Source: Octopus sinensis (Eukaryota). From it: DNA of 64,000 nucleotides. The position numbers and the translations under genes were made by a program. Below, one piece after another: positions 63,310 to 64,000 of the stretch. The notes beneath the pieces were generated by a model, which saw only the letters and a list, made by a program, of their open reading frames with translations, was not told the origin of the DNA and searched no databases. Every line of letters begins with the position of its first letter. The first letter of the stretch is position 1. The DNA is taken from positions 103,230,001 through 103,294,000 of the forward strand of contig NC_042998.1 of the NCBI RefSeq assembly GCF_006345805.1. Direction: 5' to 3'.

Positions 63310-64000
63310 TTTTAATCTGCATGTTAGTTACAATCACTCACCGATACACACCCAGCGTCCTTGGGCGAGTGAATGGTAAGAGATGTTACAATATGACTGA
63401 AATCCTGAGGAGGGGGGGTGGCAGAGGCAGTAGCGAAATATCTTCATATAATACAACACACATTTAAATTGATAGGGTTTTTCTAAGGATGTGGGCAGTA
63501 CTTCTCAGCACAATTTTTAGATTTCTCTAAGATATGGCTCTCTTATTATCTAGCTGTTTCTGACATCCCTTTTTTTTATCATATCTAGGGCACCCACAAT
63601 AACAGGAACAGTTTTCGCTTTAAGGTGTCACATATTCTGTAATTCAATTTCCAGGTTCTTATATATATTTAATTTGTCAAATTCCTTTACAGATATATTT
63701 TTATCAGTGGGAACACTTACATCTATTTGTCTAAAAGTATTTTCTTCTCTCTCTTTAATGACTATGGTCAGTTTACCTGGATAGTTCCGTCGGTGTTCAT
63801 TGGAAACTTTCAGAGGATAACGACATCTCTACATTCAACGACTGGTTCAGGATGATGTTCATACCAGTAAGTAGGGGTACTGATTTTGTAGTCTTTCCAT
63901 ATTTTCCAATGTAAATACTGTCCTACTATATCGTGGCGATTTTTGTATTCGTTTGGTGTCGGCACAGGACATCAGGTGACGATATGGACTATTGTTTCAT
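63310..64000 (-). mobile_element. R4/Dong-type LINE 3' portion, degenerate, runs off the window
   Basis: Minus strand ETIVHIVT*CPV...YKNRHDIVGQYLHWK...YWYEHHPEPV...IDVSVPTDKN...PVIVGAL...GTTAHILRKTLS-like end. Confidence 0.85.

Overview
AT-rich, repeat-saturated eukaryotic DNA. The SINE families, long (TA)n/(TAA)n/(CATA)n/(GATA)n microsatellites and LINE content point to an octopus (cephalopod) genome; this is inferred from recognised repeats, not from a search. No host protein-coding gene can be supported. The window holds one intact initiator tRNA-Met gene, three tRNA-like pseudogenes, one near-intact R4/Dong-type LINE ORF (RT + CCHC + REL endonuclease) with many stacked 3' fragments in (TAA)n, RTE, CR1-like and Penelope relics, Tc1/mariner, hAT, Helitron/Helentron and MITE elements, two possible solo LTRs and over 25 tRNA-derived SINE copies. 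The most notable unexplained structures are: (1) six dispersed hammerhead-ribozyme-like motifs, one inside a 380-bp palindrome; (2) an ~830-bp inverted repeat carrying two divergent tRNA-Thr-like genes, whose spacer is a copy of the tRNA-iMet upstream flank; (3) an RTE LINE with a twin-priming-type 5' inversion and matching target-site duplication; (4) an RTE 3' end encoding three C2H2 fingers in an open frame; (5) a 193-bp locally templated insertion. Coordinates were read by eye, and element ends may be off by a few to tens of bases.
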